Assembly (NCBI GenBank): GCA_963805625.1
Contig: CAWDVE010000010.1
Span: forward strand, 1,920,001 to 1,984,000
Reading direction: 5' to 3'
Length of the DNA stretch: 64,000 nucleotides
From: an uncultured Candidatus Rokubacteria bacterium
Lineage (GTDB): Bacteria; Methylomirabilota; Methylomirabilia; Rokubacteriales; DASRDR01
The notes under the pieces are model-generated. The model searched no databases. It saw only the letters and a list, made by a program, of their open reading frames with translations, and was not told the origin of the DNA. Shown one piece after another: positions 51,760 to 60,936 of the stretch (positions are counted from its first letter, which is position 1; every line of letters starts with the position of its first letter). Made by a program: the position numbers and the translations under genes.

Positions 51760-52044
51760 ATGGCGATCCGGCGGATCCGGCGCCCACCCCATCCGATCGC
51801 CCTGACCACGAAGGCCCAGGCGCTCTACGAGGTCGCGCTCAGTGCGGTGCCCTCGCGGGCCTGGCGCGCCGCCTTCCTCCGGCCGCCGCCCGCGCTGACG
51901 CCCGCGCGGTACACGCCGGAGCTCGGCCGTCTGGGCCTCGAGGGTGCCCGGGTCAGCTTCCGGACCAGCCCGCCCCATCTCCACCGGTGGCTCCGCCGGA
52001 TCGACCGCTGGATCGAGTACGCCAACTCGATAGTGGAGGAGTGA
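51760..52044 (+). CDS. Hypothetical protein
   Basis: LS..PS..W..AF...EGA.V.F...IDRWIEYAN pattern. Confidence 0.65.
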   Translation: MAIRRIRRPPHPIALTTKAQALYEVALSAVPSRAWRAAFLRPPPALTPARYTPELGRLGLEGARVSFRTSPPHLHRWLRRIDRWIEYANSIVEE

Positions 52045-52091
52045 TCCCGTCTGGCGCCTAGGAACGGGGGAGCTCCAGCCTCAGACGAGGC

Positions 52092-52120
52092 TTGACCGAA
52101 TGTCACTTATAGAGGACAAT
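52092..52120 (+). promoter_or_regulatory. Sigma70 promoter with overlapping palindromic operator
   Basis: TTGACC-17 nt-GACAAT containing TGTC-N3-TATA-N3-GACA (52101-52118). Confidence 0.6.
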
Positions 52121-52322
52121 GGCACCTATCAAACGAGTGTCGAAGCGTCTGAAGCGACTACGCACGGAGCGAGGGATGAGTCAGCAGACCCTGGCCACGA
52201 AAGCGAAGATCAGCCGCGGATACTTAGCGCGCCTCGAAGCGGCCGCGCAGGATCCCACGCTCGGCGTGCTCGAGCGCCTTGCCAAAGCGCTCGGCGTGCC
52301 GGTGACGGCGCTGCTGGAGTGA
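52119..52322 (+). CDS. XRE-family HTH regulator
   Basis: LKRLR..RGMSQQTLA...ISRGYLARLE....PTL..L..LAKALGV. Confidence 0.9.
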   Translation: MAPIKRVSKRLKRLRTERGMSQQTLATKAKISRGYLARLEAAAQDPTLGVLERLAKALGVPVTALLE

Positions 52323-52339
52323 AAGGAAAGGAGACTCCC

Positions 52340-52639
52340 ATGACCAGGGACGAGGGACGAGCCTTCATTCGAGCGCGCCTCGACTCTCAGTTCGGCAAGA
52401 CCCACAACATTAGCGACGAGGGGTCCAGCCGGACCCAACTGGTCAGCTTCGTGTTGAGTCCGGTCGCCTCCGGCGCCACGTACTACGTGCTGGAGATCCA
52501 CGAGGATCTGCTCGCCAGCGAAGAACTGGAGACGCAACTCGCGGAGGCGCACGTCATCGATCAGTTTCGGAACAAGGGCGTCAGGAGACTTCGCATCCCG
52601 CCGAACGGACCCGCGGAGGTACTCGATCGATACGAATAA
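52340..52639 (+). CDS. Hypothetical protein
   Basis: AGGAG RBS; 99-aa ORF downstream of the XRE gene. Confidence 0.6.
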   Translation: MTRDEGRAFIRARLDSQFGKTHNISDEGSSRTQLVSFVLSPVASGATYYVLEIHEDLLASEELETQLAEAHVIDQFRNKGVRRLRIPPNGPAEVLDRYE

Positions 52640-52773
52640 GGCGCACGTCGGCCCGGCAGGTCCTTGGCGCCCCCCCCGAGCCGGACACGGGCGCGTGCGG
52701 CGACCTCACGCACATCTCGACGCCACGCCGGACGGCCACGGGCGCCGCGGCTGCTCGAGGAGGGAGGGAACTG

Positions 52774-53058
52774 ATGCAACAGATTCGGATCGTGGACGAC
52801 ACGACTCGCGCCCAGGACGCGACGCGAATCCAAGACACCGAGAACATGCGCCTCACGCTCTCCGATGAACCGGACCAAACGTGGATCGCCCGGCTGCGCC
52901 AACTCGCCGCCGCGATGGATCCCGAGTTGGCTCTCAAGCTGCACGTGGAGGGCCGCACGCTCGTGTTTGCGTGCGCGGATCGAGCGACTCTCTTGGCGCG
53001 CCGGCAGCTCATCGGGCAGCTGGTCGAACAGACGAACACGACCGAGGGTTCAACATGA
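52774..53058 (+). CDS. Hypothetical protein, possible distant paralogue of 51760-52044
   Basis: LS..PD..W.A.L...EGR.L.F...I..LVEQTN pattern; GGAGG RBS. Confidence 0.65.
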   Translation: MQQIRIVDDTTRAQDATRIQDTENMRLTLSDEPDQTWIARLRQLAAAMDPELALKLHVEGRTLVFACADRATLLARRQLIGQLVEQTNTTEGST

Positions 53059-53129
53059 TCGGCCGTCTCCGCGCGCAAGTCGACCCCGCGGATGGCGGCG
53101 CTGGAGCTGTGAGCGCCGAGGAGTCACGT

Positions 53130-53549
53130 ATGTTCAAGCACATCCTGGTCCCAATCGATCTCAGCCATCGGAATGAGCGTACGTTGCGCATCGCGGTCGG
53201 GCTCGCGCGGATCACGCAGAGCCGGGTGACGCTGTTGCACGTCATTCAAGGTATCGCCGGGGTGTCGACGCGGGAACTGCGCACCTTCTACAAGACACTC
53301 GAGCAGCGCTCGCTGCGCACGCTCGCACGGGCGGCCAAGCGATTCGTCGACGCCGAGGTGGCCGTCCGCGCCATCGTGGTCATCGGGCATCCCGCCCACG
53401 AGATCATCAAGGCAGCGAGGGCTCGGAAGGTGACCCTGATTGTGATGGGCTCCCACCGCGTGATGCCGGGACGCCCTGGCCGAGGCTTGGGCGCCACCAG
53501 CTACAAGGTCGGGATCGGCTGTCCGTGTCCGATTCTCCTGGTGAAGTGA
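53130..53549 (+). CDS. Universal stress protein
   Basis: MFKHILVPIDLS, VTLLHV, LIVMGSH, LGATS, PCPILLVK. Confidence 0.92.
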   Translation: MFKHILVPIDLSHRNERTLRIAVGLARITQSRVTLLHVIQGIAGVSTRELRTFYKTLEQRSLRTLARAAKRFVDAEVAVRAIVVIGHPAHEIIKAARARKVTLIVMGSHRVMPGRPGRGLGATSYKVGIGCPCPILLVK

Positions 53550-53598
53550 ACCGAGGTCGACGGACTCCGGGGCCGCACGCCGTGAGTCGGAGGATTCC

Positions 53599-55299
53599 AT
53601 GATCGCCGCGATCTACGCCCGCAAGTCCACTGAGCAGAACGGCATCAGCGATGAGGAGAAGTCCGTCACTCGCCAGATCGAGCACGCGAAGGCTTACGCG
53701 ACGAAGAAGGGCTGGGCGGTCGCCGAGGACTACGTCTACGTCGACGACGGCATCAGCGGCGCCGAGTTCGTGAAGCGTCCGGGGTTCCTGCGACTCATGA
53801 ACGCGCTCAAGCCGACGCCATCGTTTGGCGTACTCATCATGTCGGAGGAGTCTCGCCTGGGACGCGAGCAGATCGAGACCGCCTACGCGCTGAAGCAGAT
53901 CATCACGGCTGGCGTGCGCGTCTTCTACTACCTCGAGGACCGGGAGCGCACTTTGGAGAGCCCGACCGACAAACTCCTGCTCTCGGTCACGGCCTTCGCC
54001 GATGAGATGGAGCGCGAGAAGGCGCGCCAGCGGACCCACGATGCCCTCGTACGGAAGGCGCGAGCGGGGTACGTCGCGGGCGGCTCCGTCTACGGCTACG
54101 ACAACATCGAGGTCACGGTGCCCGACACCGTGACCGGGAAACCGAAACGGCTCCATGTCGAGCGGCGAATCAACGAGACGGAGGCCGTAGTCATTCGCGA
54201 GATCTTCGAGAAGGCGGCGGCAGGCTGGGGTACCCGCCGGATCGCCCACGACCTGAACGCCCGTGGAGTTCCGGCTCCCCCACCCCGCAGGGCGGGGCGA
54301 CCGCGGGCGTGGGCGCCCTCAACCATCTACGCCATGCTGACTCGATCCCTGTACCGAGGCGAGGTCGTCTGGAACCGCAGCCGCAAGCGGAACGCCTGGG
54401 GCATCAAGCGTCAGACCGGGCGGGCCGAGGCGGAATGGGTTCAGCTCGAAGTGCCGGGCTTGCGCATCGTCCCGGAGCCCCTGTGGCAGGCGGTCCGCGA
54501 GCGATTCCGGGACACGCGCGCGTCGTACCTCCGGGCCACCAACGGCCAGCTCTGGGGCCGTCCAGCCAACGGCATCGAGTCGCGATACCTCCTGACCGGC
54601 TTGGCCCAGTGCGGGCTCTGCGGGGGGAGCCTCGTCCTCCACAGCCGGGCTTCCGCAGGCCGACGGACCCCCGCCTACCTCTGCAGCTACCATCATCTGC
54701 GCGGGAGCACGGTCTGTCCCGGCGGGCTGGTCCTCCCGATGGACCTGACCAACGAGGCGGTCCTGAAGACCATCGAGCAGGAGGTCCTGCACCCCGAGGT
54801 GGTGCAGCGCGCGCTGCGCCGGGTCCTGGGCGAATTGAACGCGCCCACCGACACCGTGGTGCCCCACCGGACCGCCCTCCAAGCGGAACTCGCCGTCTTG
54901 GAGCAGGAGCTCGCTCGGCTCGCCGCTGGCGTGGCTCAGGGTGGCGACCTCAAGGTGCTGCTGGAGGGCATCCGAGCCCGGGAGCAGCGTCGACGCCCCC
55001 TCCAGGAGGAATTGGCCGGGCTGGAAGGTCTCCGGCCCGTCAGCGCCCGGGACCTGCAGGTCATCCAGCGAGAGGTGGAGGTACGACTGACCGACTGGCG
55101 GGGTCTCCTGCGGCGCCAGGTCGTGCAGAGCCGCCAGATCCTCAGAAAGCTTCTGGTGGGACGGATCGTCTTCCGACGACGGGGGGATGGGGTCTACAAG
55201 TTCAGCGGCCAGGCCTCGCTGGGCCGGCTCCTGGCCGGAATCGTCTGTACAAAGGCGGGCGTGGCTCCAACGGGATTCGAACCCGTGTTTCAGCCTTGA
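53599..55299 (+). CDS. Large serine recombinase (integrase)
   Basis: IYARKST catalytic Ser, DDGISG..RPG, SRLGR, recombinase domain, CGLCG...YLC...C zinc ribbon, coiled coil. Confidence 0.95.
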   Translation: MIAAIYARKSTEQNGISDEEKSVTRQIEHAKAYATKKGWAVAEDYVYVDDGISGAEFVKRPGFLRLMNALKPTPSFGVLIMSEESRLGREQIETAYALKQIITAGVRVFYYLEDRERTLESPTDKLLLSVTAFADEMEREKARQRTHDALVRKARAGYVAGGSVYGYDNIEVTVPDTVTGKPKRLHVERRINETEAVVIREIFEKAAAGWGTRRIAHDLNARGVPAPPPRRAGRPRAWAPSTIYAMLTRSLYRGEVVWNRSRKRNAWGIKRQTGRAEAEWVQLEVPGLRIVPEPLWQAVRERFRDTRASYLRATNGQLWGRPANGIESRYLLTGLAQCGLCGGSLVLHSRASAGRRTPAYLCSYHHLRGSTVCPGGLVLPMDLTNEAVLKTIEQEVLHPEVVQRALRRVLGELNAPTDTVVPHRTALQAELAVLEQELARLAAGVAQGGDLKVLLEGIRAREQRRRPLQEELAGLEGLRPVSARDLQVIQREVEVRLTDWRGLLRRQVVQSRQILRKLLVGRIVFRRRGDGVYKFSGQASLGRLLAGIVCTKAGVAPTGFEPVFQP

Positions 55300-55305
55300 G
55301 AGGGC
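55261..55305 (-). other. tRNA-Glu(CTC) 3'-half fragment overlapping the recombinase stop
   Basis: Reverse complement gccctctcaaggctgaaacacgggttcgaatcccgttggagccac; the CCA end is at 33715-33717. Confidence 0.85.
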
Positions 55306-55342
55306 GGTGACGAGGACTGCTAGGGCGAGGACTTACGGGGCG

Positions 55343-55363
55343 GTTGCCACTCGCCGTTGCCAC
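55343..55363. repeat. Arm-type repeat pair GTTGCCAC x2
   Basis: Preceded by ggacttacgg as at 22403. Confidence 0.75.
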
Positions 55364-55443
55364 GGCGCCTTCGACTTGGAAGGGTCGCAACCTGCGATCT
55401 AGGCGTGCTGGGGCCAGCCGGCGCCCGGGGGGTGCGGCGGCGC

Positions 55444-58400
55444 TCAGGACCGAGAGGGATCGGGTCGCAGGCCCGGCGGGGCGCTCGCCGCTGGGGTCAC
55501 GCGGTCCAGCGCCACCCGAGCCAGCCAGAACTGCATGTCCAAGGCCCTGAACAGCCCCACCGCGTGATCGAGGTGGAACGCGGCCGTCTTTGTCTCGCCG
55601 AGACGACGCTCGAGCCGCCCGAGAGAAAGGTGACATCGGGCCATCAGCGGCCGCATGCCCAGCCGCTCGGCCAGTGCCAGGGCCTCGACGAGAAACCGGC
55701 GCGCCGCCTCCTCGTGCGGGGGAGTGTCCTCGCCGAGGACCACGCCCAGCAGGCGGAGCGCATAGACCTGGTTGCCGCGCTCGTTCCGCTCTCGAGCCAG
55801 ATCCAGCGCCCGCTCGGCGTGGCGGCGAGCCGCCTCGAGCCGGCCGCCGAACAGGTGGATCTCGCCCAGGTGGGTCACGATCAGCGACAGGCGGCCGATC
55901 CGACCCATGCGCTCGCCTTCCGCCACCGCGCGCTCACCGAGTTCGCGCGCGGCGTCCGGGCGTCCCGACAACGCGTAGACGACACCAAGGTCCGCCGCCA
56001 ACGGGGGCGCGAGGAAGGGCACGTCGTGCGTCAGCTCCAGGCCGCGCTCGAGGACGCCCATGGCCTCGCCCAAACGCCCTTGGCGGACCAGCGTCCCGCC
56101 GAGGCCCACGTGGGCGTGAGCCAACCCGTAGGCGCTCCCCGCGGCCTGCGCGAGCCGGATGGCTTCCTCGGCGTGCGTGACCGCGTCCGCGAACTCGCCG
56201 AGCTCGGCCAGGCACCACGCCAGCTGGCCGCGCGCGAGGATCGCGGTCGGAGCCGGCATGCCGCTGGCGACCGTGACCGCTCCGGTCGGGTTCGCGATGC
56301 TCCGGCGCAGGCAGGCGGCGGCGCGGCGATAATCTCCGGCCGCGCGCGCCATCGCCCCGAGGGCGTGGTTGGCGAGACCCTGGAGGTCGCGGTCTTCCAG
56401 CTGGTCGGCAACGGCGGCCGCCCGCTCGGCCGCGGCGAAGGCCTCGGCGGAGTGCCCAAGCTCAGTGTGCGCCGCGCAGATGAGGGAGAGCGTCGTCGCC
56501 AGCCGGCGTCGGTCGCCCAGCTCCGCCGCGAGCGCCTCGGCCTGGGTCAGGACGTCGAGGATCCGCGCGTGCTGGCCCAGCGGGGCCAGCACGCGGGAGA
56601 AGTCATGACGCACGTCGACGGCGAGTGCCCGGTAGTCAGGCCGGTCCCTCAAATGCTCGAGCGCGGTCAACGCCCGTTCGCCAAAACCGGCGCGCTCGCG
56701 AGCGCCCACCGACCCGCCGGCCTCTCCGGCCGCGAGACGCAGGTATCGCACCGCCGGCTCCCACGCCTCGGACTGGAACGCGTGATGGGCGAGCTCAGCC
56801 ACGGACACGCCCCGGCCCGCGTCGCGCTGCCTCTCGAGGGCGTCGAGGACCCGCTCGTGCAGCCGACGCCGAAGCTCGTGGAGCAGGCTGCTGTATGCCA
56901 CGTCGTGGATCAGCGTGTGCCGGAAGGCGAAGCACGGCTCCGGGAAGACGGTCCGCTCGTCGAGGAAGGCCGCCGCTCGCAGTCGAGCGGCCACGGCCAG
57001 CACCCTCTCGCCAGGCAGGCCGGCCACAGCCTCCAGGAGGCCGCGGGACACCTGCTCCCCAATCACGGCGGCGCACTGGAGGAGCCGCTTCTCCTCGGCG
57101 TCGAGCCGATCGATACGGGCCTCGATGACCGATCGCACCGTCATCGAGGCCTGAATGTGCGCCGCCACCGGCCCCGGACGGTACCGCCCAGGCTCGCCGA
57201 CCAGCGCCCCGGTCTGGGCCAGGTCGCGAACCGTCTCCTCCAGGAAGAGCGGGTTGCCGCCCGCCGCGGTGCCGAGCTGCTGCCTCAGCGGCGCCAGCGC
57301 CTCTACCGGACCGAGGAGAGCCTCCGCGAGCTCGGAGGTCGCCTCGGCTGACAGCGGGCCGAGGGCAAGGCGCGGCACGCTCGGCGGCAACCAACTGTCA
57401 TCGTAATCGGGCCGCGAGGTGACCACCACGAGGCATCCCTTCGGCAGGGACTCGGCCATCCGCGCGACGGACTGCCGCGCGTCCGAGTCCATCCACTGGA
57501 GATTCTCGAGCACGATGACGACCGGGCGCCGCCGAGCCTCCATGCGCATCAGGTCGAAGTAGGCGGCGAGCGCCCGCTGGCGTCGAACGGTCGGCTCCAG
57601 CTTCCCGAACGGGCTGTGGTCGGGCAAGGCGCCGAGCTCCCAGAGGATCGCGGGCGTGACGTCGTCCAGCAGTGCCTCCATGGACGCCATTCGCTCCGCC
57701 ACCCGCTGGCGAACCTCCGAGGGAGGATCGCCGGCGTCCACCCCGAAGTAGGCGCGCACCACGTCCATGCCGACGCGGTGTCCGATGGCCCGCGTGTGCG
57801 GGCGCGCGGCCGCCATGAACGGGGCGCAGCCCTGGGCCGCACACTGCCGGACGAACTCGTACACCAGACGGGTTTTGCCAATCCCCGGCTCCCCCACGAT
57901 GGCGAAGAGGACCCCCGGCCCCTCCTGCGCGCGGCGGAGCGCATCCCCCAGGCGCTCCATCTCGGCCGACCGGCCAACCAGTCGGGCGCACGCCCACGGG
58001 CGGGGGGCGCCGGGATCGACCGACTGTCCGGCGCCGGTGACCTCGCAAACCTCCATGGCCTCCGGCACACCCTTGACGAGCACCGGCCCCAGCGACCTGA
58101 ATCGCACCCCCGCCCCCGCGAGCGACACCGTCGCGACGGTCGTGAGAATCGTTCCGGGTTTGGCCAGCTGCTCCATCCGCGAAGCGAGGTGCACGGTCGG
58201 GCCGACGATCGACACCACCTCGGTCGACCCTCCCCCGGGCGGCGGCCGGAGCACGACCTCTCCTGCGTGAAGTCCGACACGGATGAGCACCGCGAGACCC
58301 TGCGTCCGGCGCACTTCGTCCCCGAAGGCGGTGACGCGCTCTTGCATGCGGAGCGCGGCGTAGCAGGCGCGCGTCGCATGGTCCTCCTGCGAGACCGGAA

Positions 58401-58767
58401 CGCCGAACAAGGCCATGATGCCGTCGCCCAGGGTCTGGTGGACCGTGCCCTCGAAGCGGTGGACCGCCTCGATCATGAGAGTCAGCACCTGGTCGAAGAG
58501 GCGCGCCGCCTCCTCGGCGTCCTGCCGGACGAGCATGGTCATGGACGCCGCCGTATCGGCGAACAGCACGGTGGCCTGCTTGCGCTCGCCAGTGAGGGGA
58601 GCGGCGCTCGCGGGAGGCCGCGGTGAGGGGTCAGGGACACGAGGGTTTCCGGCCACGGCGACGGGAGCGGTGAGCGAGGCGCCGCACAGGTTGCAGAACC
58701 GGCTGCCGCCCGGATTCAGGTGGCCGCAACTCCCACAGCCGAAGCGACCGGCACCAGCCCCCAGCAC
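55444..58767 (-). CDS. Zinc-ribbon class III cyclase-AAA ATPase-TPR protein
   Basis: CGSCG..N....FC..CG, LFAD, GDGIMALFG, GEPGIGKT, GNPLFLEE. Confidence 0.92.
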   Translation of the reverse strand: MLGAGAGRFGCGSCGHLNPGGSRFCNLCGASLTAPVAVAGNPRVPDPSPRPPASAAPLTGERKQATVLFADTAASMTMLVRQDAEEAARLFDQVLTLMIEAVHRFEGTVHQTLGDGIMALFGVPVSQEDHATRACYAALRMQERVTAFGDEVRRTQGLAVLIRVGLHAGEVVLRPPPGGGSTEVVSIVGPTVHLASRMEQLAKPGTILTTVATVSLAGAGVRFRSLGPVLVKGVPEAMEVCEVTGAGQSVDPGAPRPWACARLVGRSAEMERLGDALRRAQEGPGVLFAIVGEPGIGKTRLVYEFVRQCAAQGCAPFMAAARPHTRAIGHRVGMDVVRAYFGVDAGDPPSEVRQRVAERMASMEALLDDVTPAILWELGALPDHSPFGKLEPTVRRQRALAAYFDLMRMEARRRPVVIVLENLQWMDSDARQSVARMAESLPKGCLVVVTSRPDYDDSWLPPSVPRLALGPLSAEATSELAEALLGPVEALAPLRQQLGTAAGGNPLFLEETVRDLAQTGALVGEPGRYRPGPVAAHIQASMTVRSVIEARIDRLDAEEKRLLQCAAVIGEQVSRGLLEAVAGLPGERVLAVAARLRAAAFLDERTVFPEPCFAFRHTLIHDVAYSSLLHELRRRLHERVLDALERQRDAGRGVSVAELAHHAFQSEAWEPAVRYLRLAAGEAGGSVGARERAGFGERALTALEHLRDRPDYRALAVDVRHDFSRVLAPLGQHARILDVLTQAEALAAELGDRRRLATTLSLICAAHTELGHSAEAFAAAERAAAVADQLEDRDLQGLANHALGAMARAAGDYRRAAACLRRSIANPTGAVTVASGMPAPTAILARGQLAWCLAELGEFADAVTHAEEAIRLAQAAGSAYGLAHAHVGLGGTLVRQGRLGEAMGVLERGLELTHDVPFLAPPLAADLGVVYALSGRPDAARELGERAVAEGERMGRIGRLSLIVTHLGEIHLFGGRLEAARRHAERALDLARERNERGNQVYALRLLGVVLGEDTPPHEEAARRFLVEALALAERLGMRPLMARCHLSLGRLERRLGETKTAAFHLDHAVGLFRALDMQFWLARVALDRVTPAASAPPGLRPDPSRS

Positions 58768-58944
58768 GCGTTCACGCTACCACGGAGGGCAGGCCTTATC
58801 ACCGGCGTCGTGCGGAGACGATCTGATCCGGGCGGACCGCGCCGGTGGCGACACCGGGCGGCGGGCGGCGTGTTGGTCTGGCCAGGCCGCCAGCCAACGG
58901 TCCGGGAACGGGGCCTCATATCATGGCGCAGGTCCAGGCCGCCG

Positions 58945-59120
58945 ACCGGCGATGCGCCAGGAGCCGCCGGACGCGGCGGTGGAGTCGCGTGAGCAGCGCC
59001 GCGATGTCGGGATCGGTGGGCGGTGGCACGCGGTAGAAGACCGGGCGCGCCCGGGCGTGGGCGCATGTAGACACCCTCGAGGATCAGTGAGTGGAAGTCC
59101 ACGTTGAGATTCGCGGCGCC
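58945..59120 (-). pseudogene. IS91-family (Y2/HUH) transposase remnant
   Basis: GAANLNVDFHSLILEGVY and FYRVPPPTDPDIAALLTRLHRRVRRLL on the minus strand. Confidence 0.7.
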
Positions 59121-59198
59121 GCACGGCGGGGCAATCTGGCGGTACCACGACGAAGGGGCCGACCAGAAGCCGGGAACGTGCTTTGCGGTTCCGAGGTT

Positions 59199-59591
59199 CT
59201 AGGGTCTCTGAGCTGCGATCGCCCCGAGCCGTCGATACCCCGCAAGCTCCTCGTTGAGTCGGCGAATGCGCGATGACATCAGCCCAAGGATCCGGTACGC
59301 GAGGGACGGATCCTCGTGGACCTGCCGCATGAAGGCGCGCTTGTCCAAGGTCAGCACCCGAACCCTGCCCTCGGCGCGGACAGTCGCCGAGCGAGGCTGC
59401 CGGTCGATGAGCGCCATCTCGCCGAAGATGTCCCCGCTCTTCATCTCCCCGATGACAACCTCGCCGATGCCGTCCTCGCGCCAGACCGTCACGCGGCCGG
59501 CCTGAATCACGTACATCTGATCGCCCCGTTCTCCCTGACGGCAGATGACCTCACCGTCGGCGTACTCCCTGCCCAGCACACCCTCATCCAT
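59199..59591 (-). CDS. Stand-alone cyclic nucleotide-binding domain protein
   Basis: QGERGDQMYVI..G, FGEMAL...PRSATV. Confidence 0.92.
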   Translation of the reverse strand: MDEGVLGREYADGEVICRQGERGDQMYVIQAGRVTVWREDGIGEVVIGEMKSGDIFGEMALIDRQPRSATVRAEGRVRVLTLDKRAFMRQVHEDPSLAYRILGLMSSRIRRLNEELAGYRRLGAIAAQRP

Positions 59592-60936
59592 AGACGCTTG
59601 CCCTCCTACCGCGCCGGATCCACCGCGCGCCAGCCGACAGCGTGCTTTCCCACATGAAGCGCCCCAGGAAGCGGGGGTCCAGGGTTCGGACGAGAATCTC
59701 GCGGTATGGAGCGCTCCCGGTGAACATGTCCCAGAGGACGATGCTCATCCGCTTGGGGCGGCCGGAGCCTCCTTGTTCCCTCGCCGACATCCTCATGACG
59801 CCTCGGAGCAACGGCTCGACCGACTTGATCACGTGGACAACCGCGAAGATCAGCAGGCCGCAGCGGTTGTCACGCGCGATCGAGCGGTAGAGAGGCCGGT
59901 AGTGTCTCCGGAAGTCCTCGGCGGACACGCCGCTGAAGACCGCGGTTCGCGCGGCGGCCTTGGCCATGCGATAGGCGGCCCCGATGCCGTCCTTGTACAA
60001 GCGGGTCGCGCCGCAATCACCCAGCAGGACGACGCGGTCCATGAAGGGCTGGCTCGCTTCGCGAATGTTGATCTTCGGAGAGCAGTGGCAGGCCCCCTCG
60101 GCCCCGTCCCAGGCGTCCGAGAAGCAGCGCTTCACCGCGGGGCTGCCGAGGAACGCGCCAACCAGATCTTTGTCGATGTCCTGGCCGAGGAGACAGACCG
60201 TGAGAAAGTCTCCCTTGGGGATGATCGCCGCGAAGTCCAGGCGAGGAAGGTTCACCAGGAACATGTGCATCGAGTTCCCGAAGTGCCGAGCGACCGCCTC
60301 GCTGCCGAGGCGGATCTCCGTGACGTAGGCCTTGGTGGTCTGGTAGCGCTTGGACGGCAGTCCCAGCTTCTCAAATAGCTGCCAGCCGGTCGAATTGACA
60401 CCGGTAGCCCCCACGAGGAGATCATAGGTCTGGCTCGTATCCGGGAGGCGGACCTGAGGTCGCCCGGCGTCCCAGGCCACGTCGCCGACGCGGGCCGGCA
60501 CGACGTTGGCTCCAAGGCTCCGCGCAAGGGTTAGCAGGTAGCCGTCCAGACCGCCCCCCCTGACCTCTTGGATATCCCTCGGCCCTCCGCCCCGGTGGAG
60601 CGCGGCAATCCGCCTCTCGTGCAGAGGCGTGTCGATCCGGACACTCTGGCGGTCCGTATGGAGGACGTACGAGTCGATCCCCCGCTGGACGACCGTGGAC
60701 GGGAGGTCAATGCCCTCGATGGTGAGCGCTTGGACGAGGGTTTCGGAGACGATGCCACCGCACATGTTGCAGCCGGCTGGGCCGGGCTTGGTGAAGTCCC
60801 GTGGCTCATAGATATCGACGGCCAGGTTCAGATCGATGCGACTGGCGAAGCTGAGGAGGAAGTAGGCGAACAGCGACCCGGCAGGGCCACCGCCGATAAC
60901 GCCGACCCGCGAGCCGTCCTCAAGCAAGATGCTCAT
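59584..60936 (-). CDS. FAD-dependent oxidoreductase (geranylgeranyl reductase-like)
   Basis: VIGGGPAG, CNMCGG, LVGATG, VLLGDC....YKDGIG. Confidence 0.85.
   Translation of the reverse strand: MSILLEDGSRVGVIGGGPAGSLFAYFLLSFASRIDLNLAVDIYEPRDFTKPGPAGCNMCGGIVSETLVQALTIEGIDLPSTVVQRGIDSYVLHTDRQSVRIDTPLHERRIAALHRGGGPRDIQEVRGGGLDGYLLTLARSLGANVVPARVGDVAWDAGRPQVRLPDTSQTYDLLVGATGVNSTGWQLFEKLGLPSKRYQTTKAYVTEIRLGSEAVARHFGNSMHMFLVNLPRLDFAAIIPKGDFLTVCLLGQDIDKDLVGAFLGSPAVKRCFSDAWDGAEGACHCSPKINIREASQPFMDRVVLLGDCGATRLYKDGIGAAYRMAKAAARTAVFSGVSAEDFRRHYRPLYRSIARDNRCGLLIFAVVHVIKSVEPLLRGVMRMSAREQGGSGRPKRMSIVLWDMFTGSAPYREILVRTLDPRFLGRFMWESTLSAGARWIRRGRRASVYG

Larger units (their letters stand above)
33717..55280. 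mobile_element. Serine-recombinase integrative (satellite-like) element bounded by a 20-bp direct repeat
   Basis: gtggctccaacgggattcga exact at 33717-33736 and 55261-55280; contains a primase-like gene, iterons and a terminal recombinase. Confidence 0.82.

Noticed and set aside
55261-55340. Complete tRNA-Glu gene on the minus strand
   Set aside because: Similarity stops at the anticodon arm; there is no D-arm or 5' acceptor strand. The same holds at 22333, so these are att fragments only.
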